Origin: a bacterium | GTDB taxonomy: Bacteria > SAR324 > NAC60-12 | Length of the DNA stretch: 64,000 nucleotides | NCBI GenBank assembly: GCA_965205865.1 | Contig: CBDBHR010000030.1 | Location: 1,056,001-1,120,000, forward strand | Direction: 5' to 3' | Shown: positions 1-11,400 of the stretch, one piece after another | Numbering within the stretch: position 1 is the stretch's first letter | How the letters are laid out: every line of letters starts with the position of its first letter | Position numbers and translations under genes: made by a program | Notes under the pieces: generated by a model | Databases searched by the model: none | Seen by the model: the letters and a program-made list of their open reading frames with translations, nothing else | What the model was told of the DNA's origin: nothing

Positions 1-708
1 GTTAATATTATCAATCCTCAATGAACGAAGAAAGGCAGTCTGTTCGCCCGATTCAGGAAGAAGTTCCAAAAAAATTTCCTTTGGACCCCAATTTGCACTT
101 TGCATGGGGACAAAATACTGCGCCCCATCTTTTGGCCATAGCAACACAAATTCGCCGGGGTCTTTCTCAACTTTGGCAGAAGTCAATGTATCAGTTGTTT
201 TTATCTGCGATGTCGGCTCTGGTTTGGAAAATGGATTTTTGCCCAACGGAGGTTTCTGTACCTTGGGTACCCGGTGGAGTTCATGGAGCAGATCTGTAAA
301 TTTTTCATCGAATTGAGTATCATCCGTAAAGTCGATATGCACTCGTGTTCCTAGAAATGTGGGCACTTTTTCTTTTCCTGAAGCCTGACGAATTATGGGA
401 ATGAACTTGTTGGTTCCCAAGTTCTGAACAAGCTGCGCCGTCACAATGAGCCTTTCGTAACCGACTCCACCTTCGCCGGCGTTTGCCTTTCTCACGTAAC
501 TGTCCGTACAGATGACCAATACCCTGTCGGAACTCTTGACGCCAGCTTCCATGAATCGTGTCATATCATCACCCAGGCTGAGGTCCCACTGGTCGAGTAT
601 AACGTCAATGCCTTTGTGACGCAGTTTTGTGCCAAGTTCCGATACCCATTGTTTATGCTCTGGAGAATCGTGAGAATATGAAATAAATACCTTGGGATGT
701 TCCGTCAT
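1..708 (-). CDS. TIR/SEFIR-domain protein (runs off the window edge)
   Basis: Manual translation from ATG at 708: MTEHPKVFISYSHDSPEHKQWVSELGTKLRHKGIDVILDQWDL...SDRVLVICTDSYVRKA...GGVGYE. No stop codon found before position 1, which explains its absence from the ORF track. Confidence 0.88.
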   Translation of the reverse strand, partial: MTEHPKVFISYSHDSPEHKQWVSELGTKLRHKGIDVILDQWDLSLGDDMTRFMEAGVKSSDRVLVICTDSYVRKANAGEGGVGYERLIVTAQLVQNLGTNKFIPIIRQASGKEKVPTFLGTRVHIDFTDDTQFDEKFTDLLHELHRVPKVQKPPLGKNPFSKPEPTSQIKTTDTLTSAKVEKDPGEFVLLWPKDGAQYFVPMQSANWGPKEIFLELLPESGEQTAFLRSLRIDNIN

Positions 709-949
709 AATTCATCACCTGTTTTGATAGGAACGAGCCAGAATATCAATATCTTCATAACGTGTTGCAGACAAGATTTTTCTCCTGGATATTAACCGAT
801 TGAGGATAGACCCTCAAGGGGATGAACTAATATTGAATCATCAAATCATAGAGGAATTACGCTGCAACGGGGATTCAATCGATTAGCAGGTTATCACTCG
901 GGTTGCTCTTTGGATGACGGTTCAGTGCTGCCTGGAGATTCGTAGCAAT

Positions 950-1975
950 TCATGCCTGCTGTGGGGTTAGCATGCCTGCGAGGTCTTGCGGCAGAGTGAT
1001 GCCATTTTTCTGCTCGAAGTCCGCCACGCTTTCGTAGTCGTTATGAAATGAAGCGATAATGTCCACCCCCCTTTCTTTGGCAGCAGTCAAATCGGACCGG
1101 GCTTTTTCCCATTCTTTCAAATGTAACCAAGCCTCGCCACGCCCGCAGTATGCCGGTGTATCATATTGGCTAAGAACTATGGCCTTATTATAGTCTTGAA
1201 TAGCGTTATCAAAATCGCCTTTACGGAGGTATGCAGTGCCACGATTGTTATAGCAGACTGCAACATTCGGGTTCAGTTCTATGGACTGTGAGTAATGGCA
1301 TATAGCTTTATCGTGAATTCCTTTGTTTTGATGGGTCAACCCTTTGTAAAACTCCATAGAGGCACTCTGGTGGATACATTGTATGACTTTGGAGTAAGCT
1401 TCAATCGCCTTATCTATTTGCCCTATCATTACCAGGAAGTCACCCTGTTGTTGCATCAAATCAGCCTGTGGTCCTGGTTGGTATGGAGGCGGAGGAGAAA
1501 GTTGTTGCGGTGTATCCGGCAAGGTCGAGGGGAGAGTTTGAGATTGCATCATGTCAACCTCTCTTCGGATACCTAAAACCACGTTTTGCCATCCTCTGCT
1601 CCGGGGTTGCCACTCGTTGATGGGCTTGCCTTTTTCCGGCAAAACCTCGAAGTCCTTGAGTTTATGAATTTTCCAATCGCAATCTTCAAGGATGATGGGA
1701 ATGATTCTTTTATGGAAATCCAGTGCGTCAGCCAGTTCCTTATTGCAGTTCTTAGAAGCAAGACTCTGAGCGGAGACGAGGTAAAGAAGAATATCCGAAT
1801 CGGCAAGGTTTGTGGAAATTGCTTCACGCCATTCATCGCTGGGCAGGATTTCGTTATCGTGCCAAATCTTTATCATTTTATTGCGCTCCATTACAACAAG
1901 GCACTCTCGCAATTTGTCCTTTGCCTTTTTATTCTCATGTGAATAGGTAATGAATATTTTTAATGGTTTGCTCAT
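950..1975 (-). CDS. TIR-domain + TPR-repeat protein
   Basis: N-terminal KIFITYSHEN...IWHDNEI...LYLVSAQSLASKNCNKEL (TIR with conserved Glu), then a Pro-rich linker and TPRs (AVCYNNRGTAYLRKGDFDNAIQDYNKAI). Confidence 0.88.
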   Translation of the reverse strand: MSKPLKIFITYSHENKKAKDKLRECLVVMERNKMIKIWHDNEILPSDEWREAISTNLADSDILLYLVSAQSLASKNCNKELADALDFHKRIIPIILEDCDWKIHKLKDFEVLPEKGKPINEWQPRSRGWQNVVLGIRREVDMMQSQTLPSTLPDTPQQLSPPPPYQPGPQADLMQQQGDFLVMIGQIDKAIEAYSKVIQCIHQSASMEFYKGLTHQNKGIHDKAICHYSQSIELNPNVAVCYNNRGTAYLRKGDFDNAIQDYNKAIVLSQYDTPAYCGRGEAWLHLKEWEKARSDLTAAKERGVDIIASFHNDYESVADFEQKNGITLPQDLAGMLTPQQA

Positions 1976-2103
1976 TCTTTTTCCTCAACAATAATAATTT
2001 CTTCTTCAAGCAAGGACTCTTACCCCCCAACGCTTACGGCTCATCCCAGGAGATGCAATGGTCTTCGTTTCGTGTCAGGTGGTGCGGGGTCGACATGGCT
2101 TCA

Positions 2104-3447
2104 TTATCCGTAAGAGGTTGGGACCTCTGACATGACTTCTTCGTATTCGGCAATCCATTCTTCAGCTTCTTTCTTGGTGTAGGCTCCGGTAATAGCGCCG
2201 CTGTTTGCTGGCAGTCCACGGCAGAACGGCTTGTCTATATGCGGTCTCAGACTCTCTCGCAGTATCTTTGCTTTTTCATCGGACAAACCTTCTTCGAGGG
2301 CATCTGCAGCTCGCTGGCATATACCTCTAGACGATACTGTCGATAGATCACTTTTTTTATCGATTGAATTTTCGATACGCTCTGCGAAAGGGGTTGAAGA
2401 TGACCAATCTTGATTTCCTGCCCCTTTCAGGTTCGCTTTACTAAGAACAGCACCTTGCATTTGCGTATAAGAAAGTTTTGCTCCCTGCAATCGTGCCTCC
2501 GAAAGAAACACCGCTTGCATACGAACACTATCGAGAACGGTACCTTGCAGATGTGCGTCGTGAAGATACGCTGCTTGCAAATGCGCTCCCCTGAGATTCG
2601 CTCCTTGTAGTCGTGCGTGAGGAAGATACGCCTCTTGCATGTGCGCCGAGATGAGTTTAGCACCTTGCAGGTTTGCCTGTTCAAGAACAGTTTCTTCCAA
2701 GTGTGCCTCGACAAGATTTGCTTCTTGCAGGTGCGCCCTGTCAAGTCTAGCCCCTCGCAAGTTTGCTTGTTTCAAAATGGCCTTCTGCAAACGCGCATTC
2801 TGGAGATCAGCTCCGTTCAGCCAGCTATTCTGCAAGTTGATAGGGAGACCTTTGAAAACGTCATGATCCTGCACGAAAAGCAGGGTCAGCAGGCTTTGCA
2901 CTTCTTCGGAGGGATTCCACTGGTGGGTTTTGCGATATTCGTCTTCGCCCGTCGTGCGGCGAATATGGGCGCATAAAATGTCCAATACGGTTTGGCGCAA
3001 ATCCGGGGTGTCCTGCGCAAGATGAAAGCGCTCGTCGGCGCCACCCGAACTGCGCATCCATTGGAGAGCTTCCTTCTTGGTGTCATGTGCCAGATGAAAG
3101 AGTTCATAGGCACCCCCCAGGCGCACGGAATCCGAGTCGTTTCCCAGGTGCTCGATGGCATTTTTCAGGCGTTCCTGTCGCAGCCCCTTTTCGGTGTTCT
3201 GGTTCGCTATTACCTGCTGCTTTGCTGTGTCTTCCATCGCCTTGGCGCGAATGTAGGACATCAAGGCTTGCAGCGTAACCAGCACGCCACCCATACCGAT
3301 TCCGAGAAATGTCAGGATTTCGTTTTTTTCGGACAAGCCTAAAAACGTACCAACCCACTTTTCAACGGTCTCTGATGGCATGACTGACACGAAACATAAC
3401 AACAACAAACCAAGGACGCAGATAAGAAATATTGTAAAAAATTTCAT
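2104..3447 (-). CDS. Membrane-anchored pentapeptide-repeat protein
   Basis: Likely start MKFFTIF, two hydrophobic segments, AIEHLG...VRLGGAYEL motif and a long A(D/N/H)Lxx pentapeptide run. Confidence 0.85.
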   Translation of the reverse strand: MKFFTIFLICVLGLLLLCFVSVMPSETVEKWVGTFLGLSEKNEILTFLGIGMGGVLVTLQALMSYIRAKAMEDTAKQQVIANQNTEKGLRQERLKNAIEHLGNDSDSVRLGGAYELFHLAHDTKKEALQWMRSSGGADERFHLAQDTPDLRQTVLDILCAHIRRTTGEDEYRKTHQWNPSEEVQSLLTLLFVQDHDVFKGLPINLQNSWLNGADLQNARLQKAILKQANLRGARLDRAHLQEANLVEAHLEETVLEQANLQGAKLISAHMQEAYLPHARLQGANLRGAHLQAAYLHDAHLQGTVLDSVRMQAVFLSEARLQGAKLSYTQMQGAVLSKANLKGAGNQDWSSSTPFAERIENSIDKKSDLSTVSSRGICQRAADALEEGLSDEKAKILRESLRPHIDKPFCRGLPANSGAITGAYTKKEAEEWIAEYEEVMSEVPTSYG

Positions 3448-3602
3448 CGCAGATTTCCGTTTGTGTGACGAAACCGTTGGCGGGCAGAAAGATTTCCAGC
3501 ACTTCCTGCCTGTCGTTGCGCTGTTAAGAGTGAGAGAACATTTCTTGCAGTAAAGATTGACGGATCTCTGACCGTTTCTCCGATCCCTCGCCAAAAATCG
3601 GG

Positions 3603-4769
3603 TCAATTGGATAACAGCATTATTGTCAGGACATCGGTATTTGCTTTGTATTTTCTTCCATGCTTCACCAAAAGATCCAAGGAAACTAATTCTCTTAAAT
3701 CTCGTAATAGAGTCACCTTTCTCAAAGTTGCGTAATTTCTGGCAATTACTGGAGTGAGTAAAGGTATTTCATCAACAGAAAATTCCCTGTTTAAAGGAAA
3801 TTCCAAGATCAGGTCTCGTTTTCTTGTAAAAGCCGATCGTTTTGTAAATTGGATGCCCGCAAATTTTTCGTAGATGAAGTTACTCCAGAAAACCTGAATC
3901 TGTTTTTCTTGGATCGATTTCAGATTTTCCATCAGTCCATCGTAAAAGCCATCAACCGCATAATTGATAAAATCACTCAAATCGTTTTTCTTGCGAGCAT
4001 TTTCCAACTGCCGGTAGTATTCAGATCTGGTATTGTTATAAAAATTAGAGAGAACGTGCGAAGCAATACCGGGAACTCCTGCACGCAACAAAATATAAAA
4101 CTCCAGCAAACGACCCGTTCTGCCATTGCCATCATCAAAGGGATGAATCCACTCTATATAGACGTGAGTGACGATGGCTTGAATGAATGCGTCACTGAAT
4201 GTCTGCCCTTTCTCATGATGAAATTCTATTCTGATCCAATCACAAAGCTTTTCAACCAACTCGGCAACATGTTGATGCTGCGGAGGTAAATAGCCCCCCA
4301 CAACACGTAAATCTTCTCTGAATCTTCGAGGAATGGCATCAAAATGTTTTCCCAAATTTCTGCCAACCATTTCATGAAAATCCATAATCAGGCGGGGAGT
4401 AATGAGCGGCGATTTCTTTTGCGTAACAACTTCATAAAGCAACCTGTTGAATGCATCGAGGATATTTTTGACTTCAACAGCCAAATACTTTCTACTTTCA
4501 GGGACTTCCCATCCCTCGTTCAATTGCGCAATCTCTTGCTCACTCAAAGTGTTGCCTTCAATCGCTGTCGTTGCCTGCGCCCCCTTGATGAGCGAAACAG
4601 TCAGTAGTTGTCTACGATCTTCCGGCAGAAGTGGAAGCTTCGTAAATACTGTGGAAAGTGCTGAACACTGTCCCAACTTATGAGCGCATGCGACTGTAAT
4701 TTCCCATCTTTTTTGAAATGATATATGTTTGTAATCATCCATAATTGTCTCCTTTTTATTGTCCTTCAT
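3603..4769 (-). CDS. Fic family protein (AMPylase)
   Basis: Canonical HPFDDGNGRTGR motif and TTAIEGN inhibitory-helix motif. Confidence 0.92.
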   Translation of the reverse strand: MKDNKKETIMDDYKHISFQKRWEITVACAHKLGQCSALSTVFTKLPLLPEDRRQLLTVSLIKGAQATTAIEGNTLSEQEIAQLNEGWEVPESRKYLAVEVKNILDAFNRLLYEVVTQKKSPLITPRLIMDFHEMVGRNLGKHFDAIPRRFREDLRVVGGYLPPQHQHVAELVEKLCDWIRIEFHHEKGQTFSDAFIQAIVTHVYIEWIHPFDDGNGRTGRLLEFYILLRAGVPGIASHVLSNFYNNTRSEYYRQLENARKKNDLSDFINYAVDGFYDGLMENLKSIQEKQIQVFWSNFIYEKFAGIQFTKRSAFTRKRDLILEFPLNREFSVDEIPLLTPVIARNYATLRKVTLLRDLRELVSLDLLVKHGRKYKANTDVLTIMLLSN

Positions 4770-4896
4770 TACAAATGAATGTACTTAATTGTACACTAAA
4801 TGTAAAAAAAAATGACAAAATATTTGACAAATGGAGGAGTAATTAGTGAAAGAAACTTCGTTGTGGGTGCAATTGCTGGTGGCGTTCTCCTCAATT

Positions 4897-7800
4897 TCAG
4901 GAACGAGCCACCATGCAGATCTCCTCCGGGGTGAGCTCGTACAATTGATAGACGAGTTGGTCAATCTCTGCTTCAAGGGCGGATATATTGGCCTTCGGGT
5001 TCGCAGTTTTGACGACACTGATTTGATCGACCCTTTGCTCTATCTGAGTGGTAAGATATTGGTTAGCTGTCGTTACCGGTGGAATTGGAATGTGCTCAAA
5101 GTATACTTTGCTCAATTCTCTCGTTCCGCCTTGCAATTCCGGACAGTTTTCACGAATCCATTTAGCTGAGATCGCAGAGTTAAAATATCCTACAAGATAT
5201 TTTATATGAGTTTCACCTGTGATAATAAAGCATTTCTGATTTGTATAAAATCCCTCCTGATCATAAACAAATGGCAAAAATTTAGTCATATTGGGATAGA
5301 TGATCTTTTCTTTTTCAAACTCAGGATAATAAGCAATTTGATCCTGAGTCTCGAACCATGTGTTGCCTGTCTTCTTACGAGATTTAGAGCCATCCGCGAG
5401 TGTTTTGCCAGCTTGTTCCAATCTTTCCCTGTCGAATGAAAGCAGGTGTCGTTTTATTGCTGGGTAGTCGTCTATATCGATTCCCAATGCCGGGAAAGTT
5501 GCAATCAACCATAGTCCCGCCCAGTTGACTTGATAGCGTCCAATATCCCGCCCGCGTAAAACGGGTTTGATCAGTTCCGCCGACTTGGGATCTTCAAGAA
5601 TTAGTCGTTCCTTCGTCTGATTGTCAATAATGAAAGCGTCAGAGAGAGTTATAACCGGTTACTATCCCCCGATTGATTGATATATCCCATTCTTTCAGTG
5701 GCTTACCGACACATTCAATTTTTTGCTTGAGGGCCAGTTCGGCAGGTGAGAGTATCGTCCATGGTTCGCCTTTACCGGGCAGGGTCATGGTTACGCCGTG
5801 TTTGCTCAGATAACGGGCCATATCGCCGTTCGTCTTGTTCAAGTCACCGCGTACCGTAACGCCTCTGAAAGGCGCACCGGCGGGTTTGACGTTACGCAAA
5901 AGCAGGATGCTGGTGTCCACGGTGGCTTCAAACACGTCCGGTCCCATGTCGAGCAATTGCACGGGTTGAGTGCGCACAGTAAAATAATCTCTCAAATTCT
6001 TGCCATAGGCGGCACGCATCCATTTGTTGGAGGTGATAAAACAAACGTGTCCGCCTTCTTTCAACAGTTTCAACGCTCTTTCGTAGAACAAACAATATAT
6101 GTCCCCCGTCCTGGTGAAGCTGTCAAATTGGCAGGCTTGATACAATCGTCCCAACCTCCCGCCGTCTTTTTGCAATTGCACGTACGGCGGATTGCCGACT
6201 ACCCCGTCAAAACCGTCCGAGATGCCAAACATATACCCGGCTTCAAACCAGTCGGCTTTCTCGTTTGGATCGTAAGGGTCCCATTGCGCGATTGCGCCGG
6301 CATCGTCGTCGGAAAGGACGACGGTTCTCAATTTTTCCGCTAATGTTTTACGAATCTTTTTATCCTGGTCCCGGCATGCCAGCTTTTTCTGGCGAGTGGT
6401 CGCGTGAAAATGCCGTTCGCGGTTCTCCGCCAATTTCGCTTTCAGCATCTCAATTTCTTTACTGAAATAGTAGGGTGATTCCGTCGCCTTGAGACTGATC
6501 AGCGTGTCCGCCGCCACAAAACGCGTCTCCAGATTGGGTAGGGGTTTGATACCAAAATTGCTGGAGACGTCCCCGGTCGGCGTCTGCTCAATGGCCAGCG
6601 AGATGAAAAAGCGCAGTTTGGCGATCTGGCAGGCGATGGGTTGGATGTCCACGCCGAAGATGCTGTTTTGAATGAGGTACAACTTGCGGCCGAAGTCCCC
6701 CGAATAATTTTCAAAGGTTTCGCTGATTCCCAGCAGTTCCGCATCGCGTTCCTGCTGGTCTTTCGTACCGAATGCCGTTTCCGTCTTCTGCATGGCCTTT
6801 TCTTTTTGCAATTTTTTCCAGCGTTCGTTGTTTCCGTCGAGCCTCTGCAAGGCAAGGGTCAGTTTGTGCAGCACGCCCATGGGGAAGGCGCCGGAACCGA
6901 CTGCCGGGTCCAACACCTTCAGTCTGGCAATGGCGCGGACAATGTTTTCGGTTTCGTTTTCGTCGAACCATTCTCCTGCATCATCGAAATCCCTGGCATA
7001 ATCCAGCAGGTAACGCAATCTTTCCTTCCAGAATTCATGATCGCCGTCCGTTGGATAGAATTGTTTCACAAGCGCCGCCACCAGAGTCTCCTCCACCATG
7101 TAATTGACGATTTCGCGGGGCGTATAGAAGGACCCGGTCTGCTTGCGGGCCGTTTCACCGGTTTCGGGGTTGTAGGAGGCAAGCAGATTCTCGAATACCT
7201 GTCCCAGCAATTCGGGGTCCAGCGCCACTTCCTGGTCCACAGGGCGTGCTTTCCTCAACGCAGTAAACTGGTACTGTTGAAACAGGTCGATCAACCCCGT
7301 TTCGTCTTCACTCTTTGCGGAAGAACATGTCGTTGGGCACGCGCAACATGTTGTCCGCCCGGTCGGAAAAGCCGTCGATGCGGATGGCTTTGTTTTCATT
7401 ACGTTGGTGAGCTTGTTCCTGTTCTTCCGAGGTAGCCTCCCGGTCCAGGCATTCAAACAAGCCACCGTTCAGAAAGGGAATCCTCGCAAACAAGTCAATG
7501 ATTGACTGCTCTTCACTCGCCTTGAAATGATCTCGATAGCGATACCTGTTGGTGACCAGGTAGTTGTTGCTGTAGGGGCTGCTCCTGCTTACGGTACGGA
7601 AACCGCGGTCTTCGATTTCCTGGTTGAGGGTGGCGAGAAGAGGTTTTGCAGAATGGCCTTGTAGTAGCTGCCGTCCTTATCCCAGTGAATCAACGTCCTT
7701 ACTTTTTCTTCATCAAACAGGTCGGCATTGACCAGCTGTTTTTCCTTGATGAACCAGACGAAGAGCAGGCGGGTGAGCATGCGGATCAGGCTGGTGGATT

Positions 7801-8425
7801 TGTGATCGTCTTCCTCGACTTGTAAATCGTTGGGGAAGACCACCCTTGTTTTTGCGTCTTCGTACCATTCAAACAGTTTTTGATAAAATTCCTTGTTGAG
7901 TTGGGCAACGGCGAAAGCATCGATGAGGTCTTGCAGTTTTGCCGACCGGCCGAGTTTGCTGAATCGCTCCACGGCGGTACGGATCTGGGCGTTTTCTCCG
8001 AGGAGATAGGTGTAACGTTTGGGAGCGCTTTCACTTCTATCCAATTGTCCCTGCTCGTCGAGCTTGTATTCCATGCTGATGAAACTGAAGCGCCAACGTT
8101 TCCTGTCGTCGTAATAAACGGCAAGTGCGCCATCATAGATGCGGCTGCTACATTCTTTCGCCACCAGTTGACGCATCTGTACGCGGTTGCGCTGCAATTG
8201 CGTTTCAGGTTGGGTTTTTATTTCGTAGACTCCCAACTCTTTTCCGTCGGCGAGGTCGATACTGCCCAGTTGGTAGAAATGCGCCACGGTGGAATTTTCA
8301 CGAAAAAACGGTGTGGCAAATTGCTTGGTGGGCAAAAGGGTTCCCAGCATCTCCAGCCAGGCGCTGCGCTGGTAGGGAGAACCGAACAGGGTTTGTAGCG
8401 TGGTTGTTGTGATACTCATATTCAC
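4897..8425 (-). pseudogene. Type IIG (Eco57I/TaqI-C-like) restriction-modification enzyme split by several frameshifts
   Basis: Fragments 7589-8425, 7308-7493, 5639-7465 and 4897-5508 join into one protein with IPFLNGGLF, VALDPELLGQVFENLL, GSFYTPREIV, motif I VLDPAVGSGAF, motif IV NPPY and a TaqI-like specificity domain. The breaks may be sequencing artefacts. Confidence 0.85.
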
Positions 8426-8434
8426 TTTTCTGCT

Positions 8435-11400
8435 TTAGACGTACGATTGTGAAATGATGATTTTCGGGGCGGTATATTCTCGATTGGTTCCCCCCCACCG
8501 GTAATGCTGCGAGCTCCGCTCTTGCCTTACCGACTCCCCCTCGAGGGGGGAGTGATTGGCGCTGGTATGCTGCGAGCTCCGCTCTTGCCTTACCGACTCC
8601 CCCTCGAGGGGGGAGTGATTGGCGCTGGTATGCTGCGAGCTCCGCTCTTGCCTTACCGACTCCCCCTCGAGGGGGGAGTGATTGGCGCTGGTATGCTGCG
8701 AGCTCCGCTCTTGCCTTACCGACTCCCCCTCGAGGGGGGAGTGATTGGCGCTGGTATGCTGCGAGCTCCGCTCTTGCCTTACCGACTCCCCCTCGAGGGG
8801 GGAGTGATTGGCGCTGGTATGCTGCGAGCTCCGCTCTTGCCTTACCGACTCCCCCTCGAGGGGGGAGTGATTGGCGCTGGTATGCTGCGAGCTCCGCTCT
8901 TGCCTTACCGACTCCCCCTCGAGGGGGGAGTGATTGGCGCTGGTATGCTGCGAGCTTCGCTCTTGACTTGCCGACTCCCCCTCGAGGGGAGGAGTGATTG
9001 GCGCTGAGTATGCTTGCGAGTAGTCCGAGTCGGTGCCTTACCGACTCCCCCTCGAGGGGGGAGTGATTGGCGCTGGTAATGCTGCGAGCTCCGCTCTCGC
9101 CTTACCGACTCCCCCTCGAGGGGAGGAGTGATTTTTTTGGCGCTGGTATGCTGCGAGCTTCGCTCTCTTGCCTTACCGACTCCCCCTCGAGGGGGGAGTG
9201 AGATTCGTTACTTTGCTGCGACGTTGATTTGTCCCGGTTGAAATCGTTTTTGCTATCCGAGAGGGGGGAGTGATGCGCACTGGTATGCTGCGGACTTTGC
9301 GTTTGACTTGCCGACTCCCCCTCGAGGGGGGAGTGAGATTCGTCGATTGGCTGAGACGTTGACTTGCCCCGGGAGAAATCGCTATTGCTAGTTGCGAGGG
9401 GGGAGTGGGTTTCGTGGGTTAGTTGGGTGTATTCCGGGGACAGGTATTTATTGATGATCTGCAACAGCGTGTCCAATTGTTGGGCGGGCACTATGGGGGT
9501 TTTCCTGATCTTGCGATGCAATTTGTTGATGTCTTTGGGCAGACTTTGGAAGCGTCCCCGTCTGACCAGTTCGATAGCTTGGTCGAACGCGTCTCGTTCG
9601 GCAGCAAGGGTCATCCCGGTGTTGCGGAAAGCCTTGAGATAGGCAATGGCCCGCGTCTGTTGCGGGTTCAGCTGTGGACTTTGTTGCTCCCTGATGATTT
9701 CTTGTTGCACCTGCGTACGGAAATGACGGAGCGCGCGCCGAACCTGTTCATGGTGCGTGCCAGGCAAAGGTCGGGCTGCAAGGTGGCGGTCGCATTTGAA
9801 GATGGGAGCGGCTTCCAAAAAGGCGTATTCTCTGGGAGTATCGTCTGCGCCCACGTAGTAAAAGGCGTTGTGGCTGTCGCTGCGTAAAAAGGTGAGGGTG
9901 CCATTTCGCAAGGTGGCATTGGCCACCGCATTGCGCATATTCAGGGGCATGTTTGCGATTTGCCTGAATTCTTCGGGCGATTCTTCGCGGAATCTGCGGA
10001 TCTCCATCAGGTATTGCAGGCGTTCGTTGGCCTCGCTCTTTTCCCGGACGCGCCCGTCGAACAGTCCGAACGTACCGACTTCTTCATCCGGGCTATAGAT
10101 CTGCGAGTCTTCTCCCAGGGCGGTGTGGAAGGCATGCAGTTTGGTGGAGGCTCGTTGGCGTAATCCGATATCATCTTCCACCTGTTCGGTGGGAAAGAAA
10201 TTGTAAACGTGAATTTTTTGCGCCGTTGCGCCGATACGGTTCAGGCGCCCGATGCGTTGCATCAAGCGGGTGGCGTTCCAGGGGATGTCGTAGTTGAGGA
10301 TGGTATTGGCGCGGTGCAGGTTCACGCCTTCGCTCAACACTTCGGTGGTGACCAGGACATCGTAATCCGAGCGCTGCCGGTCGAGCGTGACACTGGCATC
10401 GAAATTGTCCCGGATGGCGTCTTGCAGACGTTTGCGGTTGTGGGCGTTCACTGCCAGCGTTTTGTCATAGCCACTGTTGTGAAATCGTGCGGTTAGGTAA
10501 TCCGTGGTCTCCAATGATTCGGAAAAGACGACCAGTTTTCGTTCCGGGTTGCGCCTCTTGTCGAAAAGGTCGCTTTCCAGCACGGAGAGGAGCTTGTCCC
10601 ATTTGGGGTCTTGCCCGTTCTCGATGACGCGCTGCCATTTCTCTTGCATGTCAGTGAGAAGGGCATGATCCTTCTCCAAGTCTGCGACAAAACCTGCTTC
10701 AAAGTCGTTTCTGCTTACGATTTTGATGCCCGGGTCGGTACTTTGTTCGTACTGCAGCATTTCCAGCAGTTCGTCTTCCCTGTCTTCCAGAACGTACTCG
10801 CTGACCTGGCGTTCAGGGGCAATGATGATACGATCGTCGGCAATCATTTTCAGCATGGCTCCGGCGGCGGCGGTGAAGCGAGTGAGTGAACGATGGAAGG
10901 CGTGAAAGCTACTGTCCAGGCGCTTGATCAAAAGTGTTTTCATGATCGCCGCCAGCTGTTGGGTAAAAAATTCGGGACGCATGTAATCCCGCTTGTGTTC
11001 CGGTTTGAGATATTCGATGGCCCGGTAGCGCGCGTAGCTCAAACCACGCTTACCGGTATTGGCGAGCAGAGAAACCGTTTCATCGTAGAGTTGGTTGATC
11101 TTCGCTTGCAGCGGGTAGAGCAAGATCTCAGGTTTGCTCACCTCGGGGAAAACGATGCCCTGCTTTCCGAGATCCCCGGCGTACATGGGATGTTCGAGCA
11201 GGTCGCTGCGGGTGCGGCGCACCGTGAGCGGCTCGATGATTTTATCCCTCACCTCAGCGTAAAGTCTGGCAATATCATCTTTGGACTCATCCAATTCCTC
11301 ACGTATCGGCTTTTCGTTTTCCTTGCTCACGTCTGGCCGTCTCCGGACCATGGCCGTAGTCCTCTTGTCCTTACGTATCAGCTTTTCGTATTCTTTATTG

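Noticed and set aside
3448-3606. N-terminal extension of the pentapeptide protein
   Set aside because: Looks non-coding. MKFFTIF at 3447 gives a normal signal/TM start.
8504-9007. Plus-strand 167-aa repeat ORF (MLRAPLLPYRLPLEGGVIGAG)n
   Set aside because: Shadow of the minisatellite. The minus-strand frame is the one continuous with the helicase.
8504-9420. CRISPR array
   Set aside because: The sequence between palindromes is identical from unit to unit (no unique spacers), there are no cas genes, and the 63-bp period keeps an open frame of the helicase.
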